Of a stretch of DNA of 64,000 nucleotides, positions 55,948 through 64,000 are shown piece after piece. Numbering within the stretch: the stretch's first letter is position 1; the number at the start of each line of letters is the position of its first letter. The notes below the pieces were generated by a model that did not search any database, had not been told where the DNA came from, and saw only the letters and a list, made by a program, of their open reading frames with translations. This DNA is from Lysobacterales bacterium. Its GTDB lineage: Bacteria; Pseudomonadota; Gammaproteobacteria; Xanthomonadales; SZUA-5. The stretch lies in assembly GCA_022844135.1 (NCBI GenBank), contig JALHMG010000001.1, forward strand, positions 31,021 through 95,020, written 5' to 3'. A program made the translations under genes and the position numbers.

Positions 55948-56896
55948 TGTGGTTATTCCGGCGTTCAACGCCGAGCGCTATCTGGAACGCGCGGTTGCGT
56001 CGGTCTTTGGTCTTGGGCGCGTGGGTGTGCGTGCGATCATTGTCGACGATGGGTCCACCGATGGCACCGCAACGATCGCGCAGCGGTTTGCGGACCGCGA
56101 ACCAGATCGCTGTCGGCTGCTCCGTAGCGATCGCAATTGCGGCGTCAGTGTCGCGCGCAATCTCGGAATCGAAGCGGCGACGGCGACCTGGGTGGCGTTC
56201 CTGGATGCAGACGACTACTTCCTGCCAAATCGTCTCGACGCTTTCGATGCGCTCCCCGACAGCGATCTGGAACAACTCGACGGCTTGTATCAGAGCACAC
56301 GCATCCTGGCCGCAGCGGCGAGCGACCTCGAAGGCGCCAACGGCGATGCGTCGACCTTCGGAATCCAGCGGCCACTGACCGGCGTGGCGCTACTGGCCGA
56401 GTTGTTGACCGGTTACTGCTGGGCGACCAGCGGAATCGTTGTGCGGCGTTCGCTGCTCAAGCGCTGCGGAGGGTTCGATCCGGCACGGAAGATTGCCGAA
56501 GACTGCCATTTGTGGTTTCGCCTGGCGTCGTTCGCTGCGCTGCGCGCCGGATCCCTGGACGCGCCAGTCAGCGTCTACTGGCGCCACGAGCAAAATACTT
56601 TCACGCCGCGCATCGAGCATCGAGTGCCGATGCTGGATGCGATGCTCGATGCCTGGGGTTTTGCGCAGAGGCAGCGAGCCGCGCCACCCGTGTTGCAGAC
56701 CTTCGCTGCAGCTGTTCCCGCCTACGCGCTGCGCAGCATCGTCGCCGCTCGTGAAGCGCATGCACCTGCCATTGCTCGCAGGTTGCTGCTGATGTTGGCC
56801 CGATCTCGTCCACGCGCCGCGCTGCGAACGCCATTTTTGCGCCAGGCCTGGGCTTTGCTCCGAGCGCATCAGCCTGTCGCTGCGGGTGCGCGATGA
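55931..56896 (+). CDS. Glycosyltransferase family 2
   Basis: VVIPAFNAERYL, VDDGSTD, GVSVARNLG, FLDADD. Confidence 0.9.
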   Translation: MDRSIDVVIPAFNAERYLERAVASVFGLGRVGVRAIIVDDGSTDGTATIAQRFADREPDRCRLLRSDRNCGVSVARNLGIEAATATWVAFLDADDYFLPNRLDAFDALPDSDLEQLDGLYQSTRILAAAASDLEGANGDASTFGIQRPLTGVALLAELLTGYCWATSGIVVRRSLLKRCGGFDPARKIAEDCHLWFRLASFAALRAGSLDAPVSVYWRHEQNTFTPRIEHRVPMLDAMLDAWGFAQRQRAAPPVLQTFAAAVPAYALRSIVAAREAHAPAIARRLLLMLARSRPRAALRTPFLRQAWALLRAHQPVAAGAR

Positions 56897-57771
56897 TCTC
56901 GGCGCTGAAATCGGTTGCGCGCTTTATCGTTCGCTCGCTGGTGTACGCCTACCTCGCACGCCGACACTGGACGCTTCCCGATGCGGAACGTTGGGCTGAG
57001 CGACTCAAGGCATGGCCAGCTTTCTTCGCGCAGCGCCCATTCTCGAAGCGCATTCGCGTTCGCGGCGGAGCGCTGATCGAGGTGGGGTTGATCGATGTCA
57101 TCGAACGCCATTTGCTGGTTGCCGGTCGGTGGGAAGAACATGTCGAATCGACGCTGGAAAGCATGCTGCAACCGGGCGAGTGCTTTCTCGACGTCGGCAG
57201 CAACATCGGTCACTTCACCTTGATCGCGGCAGAACGCGTCGGCGCATCAGGCACGGTGGTCGCGGTGGAGCCCTGTTGGCAGAACCTGTCGAAGCTCGCG
57301 CGCAATCTGGCCTTGAATCAGGCCGACAACGTTTACCTGACATCGAGCGCCGCAGGGGCCTTGCCTGCGCTGGGCGCGATCGCATTTCCCACCTTGAACA
57401 ACGCCGGTGCAGCAACCATGCGCGCGGTGGCGACAGAAATGGCGCGCCAGCGCGTCCTGATCGGCGCTCTGGACGATAGTCTGGAGCGCTGCGGTTTCCG
57501 GCCGTCGCTGATCAAGATCGATGTCGAAGGCTTTGAGCTACAGGCGCTGCGTGGCTTAAAGCGATGCCTTGAGCAACTGCGGCCTGCCGTCATTCTGGAG
57601 CTGACTCCAGCGTTCTTGCGTCAGGCGGGCGACAGTGCCACTGCATTGCTGCAGTTCATGGCCGATCTTGGCTATCGCTGCGATACCTTGGTCGGAGGGC
57701 GCCGTATCGATGCGCAACACGTCGATATTGAGCACCTGGGTCAGGTCGACGTGATTTTTCGGCCACAATGA
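56893..57771 (+). CDS. FkbM-family methyltransferase 2
   Basis: DVGSNIGHF, AVEP, KIDVEGFEL..LRG. Confidence 0.9.
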   Translation: MISALKSVARFIVRSLVYAYLARRHWTLPDAERWAERLKAWPAFFAQRPFSKRIRVRGGALIEVGLIDVIERHLLVAGRWEEHVESTLESMLQPGECFLDVGSNIGHFTLIAAERVGASGTVVAVEPCWQNLSKLARNLALNQADNVYLTSSAAGALPALGAIAFPTLNNAGAATMRAVATEMARQRVLIGALDDSLERCGFRPSLIKIDVEGFELQALRGLKRCLEQLRPAVILELTPAFLRQAGDSATALLQFMADLGYRCDTLVGGRRIDAQHVDIEHLGQVDVIFRPQ

Positions 57772-58922
57772 CGCCGTTTGCGCCGGTCCGCGATTGGCTC
57801 GAACGCCGCCAGCTTGAGCGCGCGTTGTCGGCACTCGCGGGTCGCGAGCGCCCGCGCGTCGCGCTGGTGAAGCAAGACTGCAACGAGGATTTGTACTGTT
57901 GCCCGCCAGGGACAGCGCCCGCGCCCATGCTGCAGAGCACACTGCTGCGCTCCGGGCCGATCAGTCTTTTCACCGAGTTCGACGCCAGGTTTTGCATGGT
58001 GCGCACCGACGCGGCGCCCGAATGCTCGATCTGGCGCGAGAAGTCCGACGATCTGAAATGGGCGCCGGCGGAGTGGTTCAGGTCGTTCCAGGATCGCGTT
58101 CCGGGCCGGGCGCACGGGCAATCGGCATTCGCTCAGGCCGTTGATGCCATCGACTGGTCGGCGTTTGATCTGGTGGTCAGTGTCGACGTCGCCGTGCCGG
58201 CGCGCGTGACCACGCAATATCCGAATGTCGTTTGGGCCTATTACGTTCGCGAGGTCAAGGCACCGAGTTATGCCCGGTCGTACTCGGCGCCATTGCCGGG
58301 GCAGGATTTGTTTCTCAGCCAGAATTTTGCGCCGAAGCGCTCCAGTCGCCCGACGCACGTGCTCGATGTTCCCTATCACTTCCAGCGCTGCGGTGTTTTC
58401 CACGCGCTGCATGGGCGCAACTGGGACTCGCCGCGCCGCGGCGTATTCGTCGAGTATCACTCGGCACGAGACGCTGCCGACGATGAATTGAAGGCCTTGG
58501 AAGCATTCGGGCCGGTGTTCGCCAGGCGCGTCGGCGACGATGCCTTCGATCGCGGCGAGCGCATTCCGCCGCGCAGCATGGTCGATCCAGATTTCAGCGC
58601 CTTGATCGGCTCGAAATACCACATCAAGTGGCGCGGCCGCAGTGTGCTCGGCACCGCCAAGGTGGAGGCGATCGCCGCCGGTTGTCTGGCGCTCACCGAT
58701 CCAGACCTGGATTCCACGCCTTTTTTGCACTCTGAGTCGTCGATGGCTCGCGGATTCCGATCGCTGCTGGCACGGATGGAAGCGTTCGAATCGTCGCCTG
58801 TGCGATTCGAGCGCGAGCTGCAGCGCCAACGCCGACGTGTCGACTACTTGTGCTTTGCGCGGCCGGCGAACGATCTGATCAATGCCTGGCAACGGGTCCG
58901 CGCCGCGCGCGCCCACAACTGA
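57768..58922 (+). CDS. Uncharacterised protein in polysaccharide operon (possibly glycosyltransferase-like)
   Basis: 384-aa ORF translationally coupled to both neighbours; EAIAAGCL resembles a GT-B donor-site motif. Confidence 0.55.
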   Translation: MTPFAPVRDWLERRQLERALSALAGRERPRVALVKQDCNEDLYCCPPGTAPAPMLQSTLLRSGPISLFTEFDARFCMVRTDAAPECSIWREKSDDLKWAPAEWFRSFQDRVPGRAHGQSAFAQAVDAIDWSAFDLVVSVDVAVPARVTTQYPNVVWAYYVREVKAPSYARSYSAPLPGQDLFLSQNFAPKRSSRPTHVLDVPYHFQRCGVFHALHGRNWDSPRRGVFVEYHSARDAADDELKALEAFGPVFARRVGDDAFDRGERIPPRSMVDPDFSALIGSKYHIKWRGRSVLGTAKVEAIAAGCLALTDPDLDSTPFLHSESSMARGFRSLLARMEAFESSPVRFERELQRQRRRVDYLCFARPANDLINAWQRVRAARAHN

Positions 58923-58939
58923 CCGAGGAACGCTACACC

Positions 58940-59680
58940 GTGAATCCCAAACACCTGCTGCCGATGCCGCTACGCGACGTGCTGCGACCGACCTATCAGA
59001 AAGCGCTGCGCGCCTGGCAAGAGAGCCGCCTGTCGCCGAAACCACAGTCCTGGCGCGAGGGGCGCGCGAAAGCCTGGTCCAGCCCGTCGGCCGAGGCGCT
59101 TCTCGAACAAGCGGGCACCGATTTCGGCATCACCCAGGTGCCCTTCGAAATCCTGGGCTTGCTCGACAAGTTGCGGGCGCTGCAGCCAAAAACCGTGGTG
59201 GAGGTCGGCACGCACAAGGGCGGCAATTCGTTTCTCTTTTGCCATGCGCTCGCCAGCACCGAGCGCGTGGTGGGCGTCGATCTTTGTGTGCAGAACGCCG
59301 CCAGACTGATCCACTATGCGCGGCCGGGGCAGCGCTATTTCGCGCTGCATGGCGACTCGCAAACCCAGGCGATGAAGGCACGCGTGGCGCAACGTCTCGC
59401 TGGGCGGTCGGTGGACTTCCTGTTTATCGATGGCGATCACAGCTACGCCGGCGTCAAGGCGGACTTTGAGCTGTATGCGCCGCTGGTTCGCCGCGGCGGC
59501 ATTATCGCGCTGCACGATATCGTTGCCGATCATCGCACTCGATATGGTCGTGACACCGGCTGCTACGCGGGCGAGGTGTATCGCTATTGGGCGGAGTTGA
59601 AGTCGCGCTATCGCACCGACGAGCTGGTGCGCGACCCGGAACAGGATGGCTTCGGCATCGGAGTGGTCTATGTCGACTAA
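58940..59680 (+). CDS. Class I SAM methyltransferase (Methyltransf_24/CmcI-like)
   Basis: VEVGTHKGG, DFLFIDGDHSY..VKADFELY..LV..GG.IALHD; GAGGA RBS. Confidence 0.88.
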   Translation: MNPKHLLPMPLRDVLRPTYQKALRAWQESRLSPKPQSWREGRAKAWSSPSAEALLEQAGTDFGITQVPFEILGLLDKLRALQPKTVVEVGTHKGGNSFLFCHALASTERVVGVDLCVQNAARLIHYARPGQRYFALHGDSQTQAMKARVAQRLAGRSVDFLFIDGDHSYAGVKADFELYAPLVRRGGIIALHDIVADHRTRYGRDTGCYAGEVYRYWAELKSRYRTDELVRDPEQDGFGIGVVYVD

Positions 59681-60698
59681 GCTCTGCGCCGTCGTCACGA
59701 CCATCCAGTTGCCAACGCCGGCAGTGCTGCAGTTGAGCGAACGATTGACGGCGCTCGATGCGCAGCTGATCGTCGTCGGCGATCGCAAGGGACCGGCGAG
59801 TTTCGATGTTGCCGGCGCAGAGTTTTTCGATTTGGCGCGGCAGTTTGCATCGCCCTTCGACCTGGCGCGGCGTGGACCCACGGGCCACTACACGCGCAAG
59901 AACGTGGGCTACCTGGAAGCGATCGCCCGCGGCGCAGAGTGCATTTACGAGACCGACGACGACAACGCTCCGCTCGCGTCCTGGCAGCTGCGCGAGGCGC
60001 AGGCCACCGCGTTCGATGCGACTGCGCAAGGCTGGATAAATGCCTACCGATGCTTCAGCGCCCAGCGCATCTGGCCGCGCGGCTTGCCACTCGCCGAGAT
60101 CGTGCCATCGATGGCGGCGCCGATCGCGCTGGCGCCGCAAGCGAGCACGATGCGCGCGGCGATCCAGCAGGGTTTGGCGAATGGCTCGCCCGACGTCGAT
60201 GCCATTTGGCGACTGACGCTGGATGCACCGTTCTATTTCGACCTAGCACCAAGCGTACGCTTGCGGCGCGGCGCGTGGTGCCCATTCAACAGTCAAAGCA
60301 CCTGGTGGTGGCCGGAGGCGTTTCCGTTGATGTATCTGCCCAGCCACTGCTCGTTCCGGATGACCGATATCTGGCGCAGCTTCGTCGCCCAGCGCTGCCT
60401 GTGGGAGATAGGACAGGGCGTGGTATTCCATGCGGCCGAGGTTATCCAGGATCGCAACGCGCACGACCTGATGCGCGACTTCGGCGACGAGATTCCGGGT
60501 TACCAGGGCAACGAACGCATCCGCCAGGTGCTGGAGGATTTGGCATTGCCGACGGGCGTCGAACATGTCGGCGCCAATCTGCTGACATGTTATCGCGCAC
60601 TGGTGGCCGCAGGGTTCTTCTCGAACGATGAGTTGACGCTGGTCGATACCTGGCTTGCGGACCTTGCAACGGCCCTCCGTCAGCCGCAAGAGGCCTGA
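59670..60698 (+). CDS. STELLO/DUF288-family glycosyltransferase-like protein
   Basis: VVTTI..PT, VVGDRKGP, RKNVGYL.AI, IYETDDDN, QQGLANG.PDVDAI, PFNSQ.T.W, FRMTDIWRS. Confidence 0.85.
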   Translation: MSTKLCAVVTTIQLPTPAVLQLSERLTALDAQLIVVGDRKGPASFDVAGAEFFDLARQFASPFDLARRGPTGHYTRKNVGYLEAIARGAECIYETDDDNAPLASWQLREAQATAFDATAQGWINAYRCFSAQRIWPRGLPLAEIVPSMAAPIALAPQASTMRAAIQQGLANGSPDVDAIWRLTLDAPFYFDLAPSVRLRRGAWCPFNSQSTWWWPEAFPLMYLPSHCSFRMTDIWRSFVAQRCLWEIGQGVVFHAAEVIQDRNAHDLMRDFGDEIPGYQGNERIRQVLEDLALPTGVEHVGANLLTCYRALVAAGFFSNDELTLVDTWLADLATALRQPQEA

Positions 60699-60699
60699 A

Positions 60700-61614
60700 G
60701 TGACCGCACAGCCATTGGTCTCGATCATCGTGCCCAGTTACAACCAGGGGCACTTTATCCGACGTACCCTGGAGTCGATTTTCGCGCAGGACTATCGGCC
60801 GCTCGAAGTGCTGGTGATCGATGGCGCTTCGACCGACAACACCGTGGCGATTCTCAAAGAGTTTTCCGATCGGCCAGAGCTGCAGTGGGTGTCCGAACGC
60901 GACCGTGGCGTCGTCGATGCGGTCAACAAAGGCTTCGCACGAGCGACTGGCACCATCGGCGCGATTCAAAGTTCTGACGATTTTTACCTGCCAGGAGCGA
61001 TCGCTACCGCGGTCTCAGCGCTCTGCGCCGACCCAGCGCTGGCCTTCGTGTTCGGCGATATCAAGAGCGTGGATGCCAGCGGCAAGGAGCTGGATCGCAC
61101 CGCGTTTACGCCTTATTCCCTGCAGGCTGTGTTGACTAAGGAGATTTGGATCCCACAGCCCTCAACGTTCTTCCGGATGGATCTGGCCAAAGCGCTCGGC
61201 GGCTGGCGCGAAAGCGTGCCGTATTCGGCGGACACCGATTTATGGCTGCGCATGGCGCTGAAGCATCCGGCGCGCAAGATCGATGCGCTGATGGCCGAAC
61301 GTTCGATCCACGACGCGCAGCGCGACACGCAGGGCAAGAAGATCGCTCGCGACTACCGACTGTCCATCGACACATTGCCCGGACTGAGCGAGGCCCCCCG
61401 GGCGATCCGTCGCGCAGCGCGAGCGAGCCAGGCGCTCATGGAGCTGCGTTACGACCACAACGTCGGCGAGTTGACGCGAGCGGGCCGCTATTGGCGCGCT
61501 GCTTTGGCATGGCCACCCCTGTTCCGCCGCGAATCGGCGTATCAGTTCGTGCCCTTCGGGCCTCTGGCGCGCGCGTTGGCGAGCCGCCTGGCGCGCACGC
61601 TGGGGTTGCGCTGA
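60700..61614 (+). CDS. Glycosyltransferase family 2
   Basis: VSIIVPSYNQG.FI..T..SI, IDGASTD, A.NKGF, SSDD. Confidence 0.9.
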   Translation: MTAQPLVSIIVPSYNQGHFIRRTLESIFAQDYRPLEVLVIDGASTDNTVAILKEFSDRPELQWVSERDRGVVDAVNKGFARATGTIGAIQSSDDFYLPGAIATAVSALCADPALAFVFGDIKSVDASGKELDRTAFTPYSLQAVLTKEIWIPQPSTFFRMDLAKALGGWRESVPYSADTDLWLRMALKHPARKIDALMAERSIHDAQRDTQGKKIARDYRLSIDTLPGLSEAPRAIRRAARASQALMELRYDHNVGELTRAGRYWRAALAWPPLFRRESAYQFVPFGPLARALASRLARTLGLR

Positions 61615-63452
61615 TGTGCGCGATTTTCGGCGTGGTTGGCCGATCCGATCACCGCGGATTGCGCGAGGCGGCATTGACCTTGCGCCATCGGGGACCGGAT
61701 GGCTTCGGCGACTACTCCTCGCCCGACCGACTGGCATATCTGGCGCATTGTCGGCTCGCGATCATCGATCTGTCCGACGCTGGCCGTCAGCCGATGGCCA
61801 ATGCGGACGGCTCGATCCAGCTCACGTTCAATGGCGAGATCTACAACTTCCAGGAATTGCGCGCACAGCTCATCGCCGCCGGCCATCGATTTGTCTCGAA
61901 TACCGATTCGGAAGTCATCGTTCATGGCTATGCCCAGTGGGGCGAACGTGTTGTCGAGCGTTTGCGTGGGATGTTCGCGTTTGCGATCTGGGACAGCGTG
62001 CGTCAGCGACTGTTCCTGGCGCGCGACCATCTTGGTATCAAGCCCCTTTATTACCGATTGCGCGGTGGCGAGCTGCACTTCGCTTCTGAGCCCAAAGCCA
62101 TCCTGCGGGCCTCGACGAATGTGCCGACGATCGATGTGGATTCGTGCCTGCAGTTCCTGCGCCTGGGTTACACGCACGGCCCGCGCACCGTATACGAAGG
62201 CATCGAACGATTGCCGCCGGGAAGTACCCTGAGCTTGGACGCTGCCACCGGCGTCGTCGAGCGGCGCGTCTTCTGGCGAGCCGAAGCAGCGGCACCGATC
62301 CAGTCGGAACAGGTCGCAACCGAGACCCTGCAGGCGCTGCTGGCTGCGACGGTGCGCGAGCAGATGATCAGCGATGTCAAGCTGGGCGTGTTCTTGAGCG
62401 GCGGCATCGATTCCTCGTTAGTGGCGGCGTTCGCGGCGCAGGCTCGGCCCGACATCGACAGCTATTTCGTCGATGTGCTGGGCTGGGAAGGGAGCGAACG
62501 CGGCGACGCGGCGACTGCGGCACAGCACTTGCGCACGCGGCACCACGTTCGCGAGATCGACGGCAGCCAATTCCGACTCGCCGATCCCGATCAAGCCGGG
62601 CGCATCTTCGCCACGTTCGATGAGCCCATGTCCGATGCGGCGATCATTCCCAACTGGCACCTCGCGGCGCTGATGAAGCGCGATGTCGGCGTCGCATTGT
62701 CGGGCGATGGTGGCGACGAATTGTTCGGCGGGTATGCCTGGTATCGCCAGGTGCAGGCCACGCCGCGGCGTCGTGTTGCGTGGCGCACCGAACGCCTGCG
62801 CCGAAGCATCGGCCTTGGCCGCGAATGGCCGCAAGGCTGTGCCAGTCAGCACGAGTACTATCACTTGCTGCAATGTCCATCGTTTACTCGCAGCGAGCTA
62901 AATCAACTGTTTCCAGCGTGGCGCAAGTGGATCGATACGCTTGGAACGGGCGTCGATCCGGGTGCGAGCGATCTTGCCGAGCACGACCAGCGCTATTGGC
63001 AAAACCTGGACTTTCGCACCTTCCTGGTGGACAACAACCTGGCGCGCATGGATCGCGCATCGATGGCGCATGGATTGGAGGTGCGCGTGCCGCTGCTCGA
63101 TCACCGCGTGGCCGAACTCAGCATGTCTCTGCCTGCTGCGCTGATCGACGCCTCGCGCGACGGCGGCAAGCCCTTGCTGCGGCGCCTCGCGCAATCGCTG
63201 TTGCCGAGTGCCGTGGTCGCGAAACGCAAACAAGGGTTCTCGTTTCCGGTCGATCGGCTGATTTCGATGCCCGAGATGAGCCGGGCAATCAGCTCCGGTG
63301 TGCTGCTACGCTCGGGCGTCATCGATCGCGCCGGATGGGAATCCTGGTCCGCACAGGCGCCGCGCAGCAATCGGCAAGCGCAACTGTGGCAGCTCTTCAT
63401 CTTCGAAACCTGGGCGTCGCGCTGGATGCCTGGCGTGGCGCGCGCGGCATGA
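61614..63452 (+). CDS. asnB: Asparagine synthase-like amidotransferase 2
   Basis: MCAIFG, HRGPD, NGEIYNF, FLSGGIDSS, SGDGGDE, EVRVPLLDH. Confidence 0.92.
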   Translation: MCAIFGVVGRSDHRGLREAALTLRHRGPDGFGDYSSPDRLAYLAHCRLAIIDLSDAGRQPMANADGSIQLTFNGEIYNFQELRAQLIAAGHRFVSNTDSEVIVHGYAQWGERVVERLRGMFAFAIWDSVRQRLFLARDHLGIKPLYYRLRGGELHFASEPKAILRASTNVPTIDVDSCLQFLRLGYTHGPRTVYEGIERLPPGSTLSLDAATGVVERRVFWRAEAAAPIQSEQVATETLQALLAATVREQMISDVKLGVFLSGGIDSSLVAAFAAQARPDIDSYFVDVLGWEGSERGDAATAAQHLRTRHHVREIDGSQFRLADPDQAGRIFATFDEPMSDAAIIPNWHLAALMKRDVGVALSGDGGDELFGGYAWYRQVQATPRRRVAWRTERLRRSIGLGREWPQGCASQHEYYHLLQCPSFTRSELNQLFPAWRKWIDTLGTGVDPGASDLAEHDQRYWQNLDFRTFLVDNNLARMDRASMAHGLEVRVPLLDHRVAELSMSLPAALIDASRDGGKPLLRRLAQSLLPSAVVAKRKQGFSFPVDRLISMPEMSRAISSGVLLRSGVIDRAGWESWSAQAPRSNRQAQLWQLFIFETWASRWMPGVARAA

Positions 63453-64000
63453 GCGCTTTGCGCTGGCTGCGCGATTTGCCCGGTGTGGCGTTGCGCGATC
63501 TGCCGCTGTATCGAAAAGCATTCGCGCACTCCGGGCCGGGATTTCGTAGCGATCCCAGCGGCTGGATAGCGCTCAGCAATCGGGCCGAGAGATTACGTCG
63601 TGCGGGGCCTGGCTACGAATGCGATTGGGCGTGGGGCAGCGAGCTCCGGGCTGCTGCCGTGTTGCCGCCGCTGGCTCGTCGCCTGATGCATCTGGCATTG
63701 GCGGAATGGCCGATCGCGTTTTGCGACGCGCCACGCGCGGGCGCGCCGCAGGTGTCGTTCATCTTCGCGCACGCCGGGCGCGATCGTCTTGCACAGTTGC
63801 GGCAGACCATTCGTGCGGTGTTCGCTCAGGATCTTCCGTGCGAGGTGGTGGTGGTCGATCAGAGCGAGACGCCGCTGTTGGCTGATCTCCCGGCTGCGGT
63901 GCGCTATCGACATCTGGCCAAAGACGCCATCGCGCCAGGTTGGTACAAGTCCTGGGCATACAACATCGGGGCACGCATCGCGACCGCGCCGATTCTGGTG
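63449..64000 (+). CDS. Glycosyltransferase family 2-like, truncated by the window end (missing from the ORF track)
   Basis: ATG overlaps the asnB TGA; 184 open codons to 64000 including VSFIF…EVVVVDQS…KSWAYNIGAR. Confidence 0.8.
   Translation, partial: MSALRWLRDLPGVALRDLPLYRKAFAHSGPGFRSDPSGWIALSNRAERLRRAGPGYECDWAWGSELRAAAVLPPLARRLMHLALAEWPIAFCDAPRAGAPQVSFIFAHAGRDRLAQLRQTIRAVFAQDLPCEVVVVDQSETPLLADLPAAVRYRHLAKDAIAPGWYKSWAYNIGARIATAPILV

Noticed and set aside
1-64000. CRISPR arrays, tRNA, rRNA
   Set aside because: No regularly spaced repeats or RNA-gene signatures seen by eye; a covariance-model scan was not run.

Overview
A mostly high-GC bacterial window. A Xanthomonadales-like gammaproteobacterial host is inferred from the secreted-protein repertoire and C-terminal 'NGFE' tail; this is not proven. 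It has three parts. (1) 1-19 kb, accessory genes: a large S8 protease, redox genes, a STAS/FHA/cNMP-FHA signalling trio, SET and HutD proteins, M28 and CHRD secreted proteins, and AraC/AhpD and TetR modules. (2) ~19.55-34.2 kb, a lower-GC island bracketed by a 438-bp direct repeat (19116-19553 / 34201-34638; 2 mismatches, both synonymous) with no integrase. It carries a tight operon resembling the blasticidin S/mildiomycin cytosine-nucleoside core (BlsE-like radical SAM, DegT aminotransferase, BlsD-like cytosylglucuronate synthase) followed by a GT9, SurE and a second glycosyltransferase. It also holds an ADP-heptose pathway (gmhA, gmhB, split hldE, no hldD), a second radical SAM enzyme, an RlmB-like rRNA methyltransferase, a pentapeptide-repeat membrane protein and stacked IS3 elements. 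This is the best candidate for an undescribed system: a heptose-decorated cytosine nucleoside with possible ribosome-methylation self-resistance. (3) 34.3-64 kb: a hybrid sensor kinase-AraC protein, then an RfaH/ops-led surface polysaccharide cluster (Wzm/Wzt, 4 methyltransferases, 2 AsnB, STELLO-like protein, glycosyltransferases) interrupted by VapBC and an AAA-DUF4143 gene. No rRNA, tRNA or CRISPR array was seen. All family calls come from motif recognition by eye; no database search was run.
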